This document shows, piece by piece, positions 32,574 to 43,448 of a DNA stretch of 54,220 nt. Location: positions 62,001 through 116,220 of the forward strand of contig JYFJ02000731.1 in the NCBI GenBank assembly GCA_000934665.2. The letters are read 5' to 3'. Under the pieces are notes generated by a model. The model was not told the DNA's origin. It made no database searches and saw only the letters and a program-made list of their open reading frames with translations. The number at the start of each line of letters is the position of its first letter. Position 1 is the first letter of the stretch. The DNA is from Catajapyx aquilonaris (Eukaryota). Made by a program: the position numbers and the translations under genes.

Positions 32574-33400
32574 ATCATACCAGCAACTAATGTAAACTGA
32601 TCCATGTGAACTATACCGAATGAGTATTATTTATTATAGCAAGCATGTTGTAAAGCAAGTCTTTGTTTCTGAAATAAACAAATCAGTGGCTTAAATTTGT
32701 ATCTTATTATGCGAGTGGTTGGTATAAGCTGAACAGATTGCTTGAGTGAACATAACCGTTTACCTTCCTCTCCTCTTGGGCTATAATATTATATGAACAC
32801 ATGGGTGAAGATTTGTGACTGTAAATAATGAGAACGAGATTCACACTTTCAATTCAGATTAACAATTAGGATCATTGTACAGGGTGATCCAAAATACGTG
32901 TCCGACTATTGTTATGGCGCACTATTGGATTCACATTGTGGAGTAATATGATGGAAATTGTTAGGGTTTGGTTTCCGCCCCCCGTTTAAAACTGTCTGTT
33001 TCTTTCAAAGAGAAATATATTGGCAATTTAAATACGGTCCTTATATGCTTGGTGTCACCATAATTATTAGGCCTAATACTTGTGATATGCAGTCAGCATT
33101 TGTCATTGTTGACAACATTCTCACATTTTTCTATGGTGCAGCAGGCCAAGAAGGCCACTCGCTTCGTTCGCTCTTTCTAGGCCTGCGGTCTGGGGTGGTG
33201 GAGGTCATATATTGTCAATCCTTCCAGACTTACAGCCAGTGATGATGCTCAGTTGCTCACCCCCCAATCATATATGCACCACCGCCCCCACCCCCATCCG
33301 TTCCTCTGTTTCAAGGTGGATTCACATATCGATGATTCCCATATTAGAAGCCGTTCAAAATTCGACCACAATTGATTATGCAATTGAATTTTCCATTATT

Positions 33401-33661
33401 GCAACGTTCCAAACAAAGGGTTGCCAACACGACAAGGTTCCAAACAAAGGGTCGCCAACAGACAGCGACGTTCCAAACAAAGGGTAGCCAACGCACAGCT
33501 AAGTTCCAAACAAAGGGTAGCCAACACACAGCAACGTTCCAAACAAAGGGTCGCCAACACACAGCACCGTTCCAAACAAAGGGTCGCCAACACACAGCAA
33601 CGTTCCAAACAAAGGGTCGCCAACACATCACAGCAACTTTCCAAACAAAGGGCTGCCAACA
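33401..33661. repeat. ~33-bp minisatellite, ~8 copies
   Basis: Unit acagcaacgttccaaacaaagggtcgccaacac. Confidence 0.92.
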
Positions 33662-34364
33662 TTTTTTTTTTCCACGTGTGTATGTGCATGATTAGCATTG
33701 GACATGTTCACCGTGTTTGTCCAAATGTCCGATTAACGTGACCATTGACACTCTGAGTAATAGAAGTAAGTGCTAACTAATTCTCATGAACGTTATTAAC
33801 ATACTATACAGTAAAACTTCTATAAGTTGAATCTCCATGGGACCAGGAAAAAACTTCGAGTTATAGAAGATTCGAGTTCTAAGAGAAGTTTGGAATTTTT
33901 AATGCACATAACTCTATAAGGAAGCCTGACCTTTATATCCAGCGACGAAAGGTGTTCATAACTTAAAAATAACTGTCATTATCACACTTACGATACAATG
34001 TTCCTCGTTGTTTTGTTGCAAGTAAATATCTCAGTGATGGACATTTGCCTATACTCTTAGATTCAAGGATTCAATTGTCACAATCGAGTCAAACACTTCT
34101 TTAGGAAATTGAGCCTTTCTGTACATGTGGCCTACTCTCGACCCTTCGGCTGATATTTTTTTTTTCATGGTATTTCAAAGATTGTGTAATGCTGCAAGTT
34201 ATTTTTATTATTCCTCGTCAGGTAGTGGTATACAAGTGGCCATTCGTAACTGTTCCAGTTAACAATACAACAACGCACACAGTTTCTGCAGGTCGTCCAA
34301 CAACAAAAAAATGGCCAGTGCCACGTTATTATATACACTTGGAGAAAAATGCGCCTCATCAAAA

Positions 34365-34700
34365 TCAGTAGTACGCTACTGGAGCGTATCCCCCGTATCC
34401 TCCGTACCCGTCGTACCCTCCATACCCTCCACCGTAACCTCCGCCGTACCCTCCGCCGTACCCTCCGTATGAACCGCCATGGATGTTCTTGTAGTATCCG
34501 GTCAGACTAGGGTTGTTTTGGTAGACGAGAGGGGTCAAGTGCTGGTTGTTGACCAGGTAGCCGTACTGGTAGTCATCGCCGTACGCCTTCACCTGGGTCG
34601 AACCCAGTGGTCCGACCGAAGAGTAGTACTTTTGCGTCACTTGCTTGGACACAGATCCGCATGGAAGAGACGCCAGTATGGCACCAACCAACACCAGCAT
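34365..34700 (-). CDS. Small secreted Gly/Tyr-rich protein G3 (VNN family), ~111 aa
   Basis: Acceptor atgcag| at 34703, then MLVLVGAILASLPCGSVS-KQVTQKYYSSVGPLGSTQVKAYGDDYQYGYLVNNQH...(GGY)n...APVAYY. No upstream coding micro-exon identified. Confidence 0.82.
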   Translation of the reverse strand: MLVLVGAILASLPCGSVSKQVTQKYYSSVGPLGSTQVKAYGDDYQYGYLVNNQHLTPLVYQNNPSLTGYYKNIHGGSYGGYGGGYGGGYGGGYGGYDGYGGYGGYAPVAYY

Positions 34701-35802
34701 TACCTGCATGTAAAAATACAGTATACAATGAATACTATAGCACTGGATTCGAATAGGAAACAGGACCCGTTCCGGAACCGGTCTACTTATTCTTGCTATT
34801 AACTTATTGTGCGGTTTCAGATTTGGCAATAGGAAGAATGATTTTACGACACACTATAAAGTACAGTTTACCTTATTGGCACCCATGTTGTGCTTGTTGG
34901 CTCGATTTCAACCAGAGGTGTAATGAATATGATGTGTGTATACTGTACGTACATGACTCCTTTTTATACAAAAAAATATTTGACCAATTCGAGCACAGCA
35001 CGTACTGGATTAATGTTTATTCCAGGAAGAAACGGTGGCGTAAAGATATTTTGTCAAATTTTCAAGGGTGTTTCCAAGAGCGTGCTGTGGATTGTTGTTG
35101 TTTATTGATGCGACGCGCAAATAAATTATTGCCGTATTTTTTTTTTGATCTAAATGTTTGTGTAACAGTTTTTACACTATGGTTTCATAATGAGGAAATC
35201 GGTTTAACCAGAGGATTATTGTCAAATAAAAAAAAGATGCTAAATATCCTGGCAGGTATGCATCCCTCCAATCGGCAATATATTTTTCGATTTATTACTC
35301 CACAATTTTAATTTTAATTGTAACTCATTAGATGGAGCAACACTTTCCAAGGCGATGGAAGTGTCATAGGCTGCATCCACCAAATAGGAGATGCTATGCC
35401 CTGAATACAACTTTCAAGCTATAATCTGATTCGTTATATGAAACAGTCCAATTCCGCACTATGCATTTATAGCGTATTTAAATTTTTTTTTGTAAACTGC
35501 TGAAGGATCACACAGATAACAATCGACTAAGTACATAGTATGTGCACGCACCATTTCGTACCACTGATATTTTTGCTAATTCACTGGCCATGTCTGCTAA
35601 CCTTGAATATAATTTTTTTTTTTCTTCTTCTTCAACTCCGGTGTATTTTTGGGCCTCATTTTTCCGCTAGTTTGACCTCAGAAGAAAGGTGTGACCAACC
35701 TATATAAATGTGGCCCCTACTGACTGCATGGTACTCACATACTCTTGGACAAATCCATTGGAAACAGCAGACTTCGCCCAGTACTTTCAACACTTCTCGA
35801 AA

Positions 35803-36252
35803 ATGGCCACTCTGCAGGTAAATAACCAATAATAATTTATTGAACTGAAATTTTCCATAGTTGATATACATACAATACAATCATGTCTATATGAAAATGT
35901 TGACAAGTTGCAAAATATTTTCGACTTTGAGTCTCACCAGTTGCAATAATCATTCTGGATTTCACAACATTTTATTAGCTAGCCTTTTGTATAGCAAATA
36001 CTATTATGCATCGTACTGTAGGCTACATGAAAGTATCTTTTGTATAATTATAGTTTTGTTGGTTGACTTATTCTCTTTCTTGTGGTCATTTTCCAGGTTC
36101 TTATCTTGGTCTTGGTTGCCATGCTGCTTCTGGCTGCTGGTTCGATCCAGGCTGTGCCAATCTTCCCATACGCCTACGGGATGTACGGAGGGTACGGCAT
36201 GTACGGCGGGTACGGAGGGTACGGAATGGGAATGGGATACGGGATGTGGTAA
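35803..36252 (+). CDS. Tiny secreted Gly/Tyr/Met-rich peptide Y1, 56-aa precursor (absent from the ORF track)
   Basis: Exons 35803-35817 (MATLQ) and 36097-36252: VLILVLVAMLLLAAGSIQA-VPIFPYAYGMYGGYGMYGGYGGYGMGMGYGMW. TATATAAA at 35701. Confidence 0.88.
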
Positions 36253-36676
36253 CAATAATAACGGCCCTGTTTTGTAAAACGTTTCACAAGCATATGATTC
36301 GTTATACTGGACACGACGGACTATGACAATTATTTCAAATGGCATTATGCTTTACGCAATGATTGTATTAATCCTACTTTAACAATAAACACTGTAGCAT
36401 TGATATGTTGTTGTCTATACGCTATCCACCTTTTTGTTATTTAGAAAACACGAAATGAAACTGACGGCATTATTTGACTTTCCTCCGCAATGAGAAAAAG
36501 TCTACTCGAATCACGCTCCCAATCTTGTTTCGCTTCTAGTGCTGCCTTTGAATTCAAACGTAAATGATTCAATGAAATAAAATTCAATGCGCAATTGGCA
36601 TTCACTTTTATTCAATTCAGAATTCGACAGTACAAGAAAGATCTTCGGAAACTGTTTATCACACGAGCCCATGCTA

Positions 36677-38377
36677 TTATTTCTTCTGGTCTTTTGTGGG
36701 GATGGGCAACTGGGCGGAGCTGGTGACCTGCAGGTGTGGCCCCAGGCTTTGACCTGGGTCGCTGGGATCCTCTGGGATGTGGCCGATGGGGAACCTGGCA
36801 GAGCTGGTGACCTGGAGGTGTGGTCCCAGCAGCCGTTGATGACCAGAACTTACTGGAGATGGAGTGACTTGTGGGAAGATGGCAGAGCTGGTGACCTGCA
36901 TGTGAGGCCCTCTTATGATGCCTGCTGTCACAGATCTCTGTGAGGCGCAGCAATCGCACTTTTGACCCCACTCGTGTGAGCACATCCTGCTGGACTTCTT
37001 AACGTTCATCTTCCCCTCGACCATGTCTGGCAGGAGATACGATTCAACCAGACCTAGAGTGCGACCTCTCTCTACCTGCCATACCGAGCCGGTCTTTCCT
37101 TCGCGGACAGCACGAACCACCGTCGAACCCACTTCTTCCATTCTGCAATAATTGAGGCGATTATCAGGCAAAACAATGGGTGCACTTACGACTTACTTAC
37201 TCGATCGACAACTGTCCGTTGCAGTGAGTCTTCGTGATCTGGTTCAACTCCGGGTCATCCCAGATCCCATCCTTCTGCGTGTAACCCTTGTCGATTGGTC
37301 CTGCACACACACCCATGATCCGTACTCCGTGGTTCATGTGGTGGACGTCGTGCTGTTGTGAGGAAGCAATGCCATTTTGTTAGTCCTAAAGTGCATAAAA
37401 TGACTTCCACCACAAGATGACTGACCGCCATGCATCTGGTGAAGGTTACCACTCCGGTGTTGGATGCTGAGTAAACTGGAAGCATGGCCAGGGGTCGGAC
37501 TGCCAATGTGGAAGCCACGTTCACGATGGTTCCTCCTGGTCCTCCTCTGTTGAGAGCCAGTATTTCCAGGGCCGCGTACGTACCTCGAATGGCTCCTGAC
37601 TGAAACGACACCAGATGACAGGCACTTACGTAACCCTATCGAGTTTTACGTAACTCGAAGCCATCATTGTTTTACGTAAGTCGAGGCTACGTAAGTCGAT
37701 GCTACGTAAGTCGATGCTACGTAAGTCGAGACTACGTAAGTCGATGCTACGTAAGTCGAGACTACGTAAGTCGAGACTACGTAAGTCGAGACTACGTAAG
37801 TCGATGCTACGTAAGTCGATGCTACGTAAGTCGAGACTACGTAAGTCGAGACTACGTAAGTCGATGCTACGTAAGTCGAGACTACGTAAGTCGAGGCTAC
37901 GTAAGTCGGGGCTGCGTAAGTCGGGGCTACGTAAGTCGGGGACTACCTGTATTATTTAGCTACTGACCAGGCTGAGGTCGACCGTCTTTTCCCAGTCTGT
38001 TTCGGTGGCCATGCGAGCTATGTTGACCACCACGTCCACAGGCAAGCTAAATGCGTTCATTGCCAGCTCCAGGGCCACTGGATGGATAATTTAAAAAGAA
38101 AAATGTTATTACTATAGGCCATGACATTGTATTGAGGATGATGCTGACCCTTGAGGAGTCGAGGTGTGAAGACGTCTCCTTGGAAGAATCTGACCCTGCT
38201 CTTTCCGTATCTTCCGCCCAACACTTTGCAGACGTTTCTTCCAGCCTCTGCGTTCGTGTCGCAGATGATGACCCTGCTAGTTTCCTTCAGGAATGCCTCG
38301 GCGATGGCCACTCCGAGAGCGTCGGCGCTGATCACCACCACCACTTTCGGGTCCTTAGACGAGTCATCCATGCTCAT
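36677..38377 (-). CDS. Short-chain dehydrogenase, 15-hydroxyprostaglandin dehydrogenase/insect ADH-like, atypical active site, 376 aa, 5 exons
   Basis: Exons 38149-38377, 37968-38077, 37426-37599, 37201-37352, 36677-37142, all phase-consistent. VDVVVNIA..ETDWEKTVDLSL, RGTYAALE..NRGGPGGTIVNVAS, PVYSAS, GVRIMGVCAG parallel the HPGD segments. Confidence 0.85.
37673..37945. repeat. 15-bp minisatellite (~18 copies) in SDR intron 2
   Basis: Unit CTACGTAAGTCGA(TG/GA). Confidence 0.95.
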
Positions 38378-38861
38378 GTATTCTGTCTTCTAAATTTGGA
38401 TGCTGGCTCAATATAATTTTTTAAAAAATATGTAACAACCACTTTGTGATGGCCTGGAATGAAATGTTTACACAGTACCTGGACAACCGTCAAGCTGGAG
38501 AAGAAAAAAAATAATGGAAGCAAGGTGCCAACATTGGCACCTTGCTTCCATTATTATTTTTTTTACGTCAAAAGTTTTCCCCATTTGGGGAAAATTTTTG
38601 ACGTCAGAAGCCGTTATTTAATTACTCACATTTTCTGATTAGACAGGGGAAAAAAATCATTTTATTCCAATAATTGCATGCTCTATATGCTTGAGATATG
38701 TCAAAGTGGAATGAATATAAACAAGTACTTGTGCTTAGCAATGTTTATTGAATAGGTGCGCATACATCATTGCCTAAAAGCATGACACATACAATCATGT
38801 CATTGATAAGTAAGTAGATTCCGCATCAAGTTAGTCCCATCATGTGATGTCACCCGGAAGG

Positions 38862-39149
38862 TTACCACATCCCGCCGTATCCGCCGTATCCGCCGTACCC
38901 GCCGTACATGCCGTACAGTCCCTTCATTCCGTACATACCGTAAGGCATGATGGGCACAGCTTGGATTGAAGCCAGCAGCACAATCATGATGGCCACCAGA
39001 GCAAACAGGAACTGGAACTGGGCACACACACACACACACAATAATTACTTTTCAAATTTGAATGCAGATTATTATGGATGAAAATACATTGTTGGCATCC
39101 TGCCTAAGGAATAACAATGAAAACCAATATGGCTTACCTGTGCGCCCAT
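38862..39149 (-). CDS. Tiny secreted Gly/Tyr/Met-rich peptide Y2, 55-aa precursor, paralogue of Y1 (absent from the ORF track)
   Basis: Exons 39138-39149 (MGAQ) and 38862-39017 (alternative in-frame acceptor at 39011): FQFLFALVAIMIVLLASIQA-VPIMPYGMYGMKGLYGMYGGYGGYGGYGGMW. TATAAAA at 39242-39248 (minus). Confidence 0.88.
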
Positions 39150-40559
39150 TGTTGCTGTCAGAAGGATTATCTTTGGTGTTGTTATGTTGTCTCTTCACAA
39201 GCTCAGAAATGTGTTGGTTTGCTCTGGTTGAGACAGGTTCCTTTTATATTACACAAAATCACAATTTTTTTTTTTTTGCCAAATGGTGGAGAAAGGTCGT
39301 CAAGGACAATTTTCAAAAAAAAAAAAGTTTAGCTGTTCATGGGTTGCCAGTCATGGGATACCTATTTAAAGATAAATTTATGCATGATTCGGTCCAAATG
39401 TCGGTCGATCGGAACAGGAAAAAAAAGTGTTGACGTCGACTTGTTTACTCCATTTTTCAGCCTTCACAAACATGAAGTTATATTGTCAAATGCAACCTGC
39501 TAATAAGAGTTCTGGAGCGGAAATGTCTAATTATTCCATCTATTATAGCAGAACTTCTTTAGAAGAAGAAAAAAAAAATCCGACTTTTTTTTTGCATGTT
39601 ATTTCGGTTCTCTGAATGAGTGTCCATCAGTGCGAGGGACATTCAAAAAGTTTTTTGTTAAAACAAAATATAAATATGGTTCCCTTCATAATAAGGTCGG
39701 CTTTCACAGCAAGTGACATAGTGTGTGAGTTACGGAGAGTAAATTTTTTAAAAAATACAGTTTGTTCACATTATTTTAAGCTTATCATATACCCGTGCCA
39801 TTAAAATCATTGCGAATTATCACATGTGCACTTACATATCTTGGAAATTGCTGAAATTTATTTGTAAATTCTATATGCAATTTTCATTATGTGCATGCCA
39901 ATTAAATCCAAATAAGTGGATTACCGTATGTGATTTCAATACATCAATAATATTTTGCAGATAGAGTTGATCCTCTTCTACTTACGTAATGAAACCATCC
40001 CGTAAAAAGAATATAAGCAGATGATGTGTCTATGGATGCAAATTTTTTAAATCGGAAATTACAAAATCATAGATTTTATTTTAATTTGAATTGGTGCAAC
40101 ATAACCAGCGTCATTAATTTACGGCCATTGAGACGCTGCATTAGCACCTAGAATACAATAAAAAAATTTAACAACAGTTGAAAAAAAAAATGATTGCCAC
40201 ATATCGAGCATGACGTTTCCTGACACCTAAGCCGCAACCGACATTGTTGCACTTAATGCACTTAATACGGATGAAACCCCACTGACCTAGTGCAATTTAT
40301 TGTGTTAAGTCACAAACCGTGTCTATCTACCACTTCAAGCTACTTAATAATCCAATGCGATATATAAGACATGGTCAGTAACTTAAAATAATAAGTTTTG
40401 CCGGATTTTCCTGGTGGCAATGCTTTGGGCGACGACGACCTTACGAATTTTTTGAAGTATGAAAATATATCGGACGGCTATAAAAATCAGTGCAAATTGC
40501 AACAAGCTTCACATTCATCTGCGGTTTTGCCAGAAGAGTATATAGGCTGCTGATTGACG

Positions 40560-40907
40560 ATGGGATTCAAGGTAAGGTTGATCTCAGTTTCGTGCTTTTG
40601 ACTATTGTTGGTATGTCAATAAGTATAGTCCATATTGTTATGTTCACAGACAATAATATTGGTGGCGTGTGTTATGGCCATGTTTCTGGTGATGAGCATC
40701 CAAGCAGGGGAAAGCATCACAGGACGGCAGTACAAGTACGGCCAATCCGTCGGGCATCGCGGCGGCGCCTCCGAATACGACTCTTACCGCGAGAGGAACA
40801 TGTACCCTGGGTACCACCAAGTGAACAACCAGTACCTGCAACGTGGCACCAGCAAGACCACTCAGTACAAGACAAAACCTCTAGGAGGCTGGGCTGAATA
40901 TTCCTGA
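40560..40907 (+). CDS. Small secreted Tyr-rich protein G6 (divergent VNN-family member lacking the Gly tail), 89 aa
   Basis: Exons 40560-40571 (MGFK) and 40650-40907. Signal peptide ending SIQA; QYKYGQSVGHRGGASEY...GYHQVNNQY; TATAAAA at 40479. Confidence 0.85.
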
Positions 40908-41466
40908 ACCGGATAGATTTTCAGGAGAGAAAAAAACCCGTGACGAATTGACCCTTGTTTCCAACTCTTAATAAAAATGTGCAGCAAATATTTTCGGCAG
41001 AATTTACTTTACTTTCTCCTGATATGCTTATTATCTCCGTCTGATGTTTGTACGACCTGATATTATCGCTAGCTCTCACATGCCCTGATGTTGGTAGGAG
41101 TGTGCAGACAGTGTGCGCCATCTGTGCGTGAAAAACAGTACTGCGTGGTAAATTGGCGGGCCATCTCATTAAAGTTGGTTGTTTCTGTCATGCTGATTAT
41201 GGGTTTTGGCAAATTTTGGATTTAATTATTTTTCATCGAATTTTGGCCAGTTCAAGCCAATCTGTTCCAACAACACGACCAGTTAGTCCCGGGAATTATG
41301 TGTTTATTATTAGTCTGACATATCCAACAGTGAAATAATATACAATAATAATGGTGCACTGTACAAAAAGAAAACACACTCTTTTGCCCATCCAAACGGG
41401 CCAGTCCATTCACTCAACACCCTCTGAACGCTTTGGATCGCAACCGACCGCAGCTACGTCACTTGC

Positions 41467-43448
41467 TCAGAGCCAATAGCCGCCGCCGCTGCTTCCACCG
41501 CCGCCACCGCCACCGCCATGTCCACCGCCGCCACCGCCGCCGCCATGTCCACCGCCGCCATGTCCACCGCCGCCGCCACCGCCGCCATGCCCGCCGCTGC
41601 TGCCACCACCCTTTCCTCCGAAATGCAGGTTGAACACCTCAGGCTTATGATGGACGTGATGAGTCTTGATTATGCTATGGAGTAACACGAAACATGTTTA
41701 ACCAATCGGAAGAATCCACGATTTAAAACTGTCCACTTCGTACCACTACCCTTCAATAGATGGCGCATCCACCCTCTCTACACAATACTGCCAATATGCG
41801 AGGAGTGTTGGTACTACACTTAACACTTACGTTTTGTGACCTCCGCCTCTCTGCCTTCCCTGGAAGAGCAAGGGCAAGAGGGCAAAGGCCAGGGGCGCTG
41901 CGAGGGCCAACCCCGCGGCGGCCCCACCTCCTGCTCCGAACCCTCCTGCCACAGCCCCATGACCCGTCGGTACAGGGTTCGATGCTATCAGAGGTATCGC
42001 CACTGCTAACGACACCAGAATCTGAAGAAGAAAAAATGTTCAATTACTAATAAATTACCAATTGCACAAAAAAAAGAGGTTCAACTATTATGCGATTCAC
42101 GAGTCCTGGCCTGTTAGGCTCCTCCCCCGTCCTCCGCCCTCTGAAGGCGAGGTTGCCACGTTCGCGTCCGCCATGGCCTCACACGCCTGCCAGGAGGATG
42201 GGGGAGAGCACTTGGCAGCAGTGGATCGCATTGGGGGGGGGGGACACAACCAGGCCTGGANAGGCCTGGAAATACGACGATCCACCTATCCCTTGTTGAG
42301 ACCGAACCCCGCACCAATGGCTCCTACTCGCGAGAATCACGAGCATTCCAAGCCTGATTTCTCCCGCCGCTGACGCTGGGAGGAGGTGGGTGGAGCCTAA
42401 CAGGCCAGGACTCGTGAATCGCATAATAACAGATTTGAACAATTATTAATTGCATGTCCGAGGGAAAAAATTATTGAAGGAAAAAATCCTGATATAGGCC
42501 TACACCAGGGACCTTGCTGTTTCTCCTACCTTCTTAACTGGCAGTTAAAGTTAAGTGCAGGGTAAGTTAATATGTTACTTAAAGTGCTATTAGTAGTCTA
42601 GGTATACTTAATTAAATAAATAAGTTGCCAGTTTCTTTCCTAGTCATCAAACAATTTTAATATGATATAATAATATTCTACCATCAAAATGAACCACTTT
42701 TGGACCACTATACTCCCATCAATAACGACAAAAAAAAATTTGCCACTTTCTCTGTACACGTCGTGTCTTATAACATCAGGTAACAGAGAAAACTGTCACT
42801 TTTCACACACACTTTTTAAAATGTGTGATACAAATCATTTTGATTGGACCACAAAAAAAAAGTCGTTACTCTACTTTTCCCCCTATATTATAGCTCGAGT
42901 GGAATTAAATTGAATTATTGTATAATTGCGGTAGCAAAATCCTGTGTGTGTATATAGTTGAAGGCCTTCTTACTTGAGACGTTGCATTGGCAACCCTGGT
43001 CTCACATGACCATCTGCTAATAACGTTACTTGTACAGTAGGTACAATACTTAGTCGCCTACTAAACTTTTTGGTAAGAAAGGTCTTCAATTACTTGCCAA
43101 GAAGTTAAAGACTCAGTGTTGACTCTAGCAACCTTTGCTGCAATGATATTGACCACTATTGTGCTGGAGTTAACAACCTTCAACTTTCCATCACTTCATT
43201 TTTGAGAGGAAATTTACCAAACCTGACCCGGTTCCGAACCTGGTCCACTATATCTGATTGCCCACAGATTCCACTGATGACCAAATTATCTGTGCTAATA
43301 GTGGACCAGGTTCGGAACCTGGTACACTATCTGATTGCCCAGTTCAGAGTTCACTTGTGCCAATAGTGGACCAGGTTCCGAACTGGGTCCGGTTTCCTCC
43401 CTTTTTCCGGCTCACTGTATGACTTACCAGATTCTTAGCGCACACCAT
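41467..43448 (-). CDS. Small secreted protein H2 with a His/Gly-rich tail, 139 aa, 3 exons, paralogue of H1
   Basis: Exons 43428-43448 (MVCAKNL), 41831-42021, 41467-41674: ...GLALAAPLAFALLPLLFQGR...HKTIIKTHHVHHKPEVFNLHFGGKGGG(HGGGG)n..YWL. Confidence 0.87.
42089..42425. mobile_element. MITE with a perfect ~34-bp TIR in intron 1 of H2
   Basis: TATGCGATTCACGAGTCCTGGCCTGTTAGGCTCC ... GGAGCCTAACAGGCCAGGACTCGTGAATCGCATA. Confidence 0.85.
43222..43392. repeat. Two tandem hairpin units (GAACCTGGTCCACTA...TAGTGGACCAGGTTC)
   Basis: Direct and inverted repeats are visible; related to short GGTTCCGGAACGGGTCC motifs elsewhere in the window. Confidence 0.65.

Noticed and set aside
33344..33741. Repetitive ORFs in several frames (also 37667-37966 RS-like and 49898-50290)
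   Set aside because: They arise from stop-free minisatellite units and have no gene signals.
34793..35311. 172-aa plus-strand ORF between G3 and Y1
   Set aside because: AT-rich, non-ATG start, no recognisable motifs, and it lies in a divergent promoter region.
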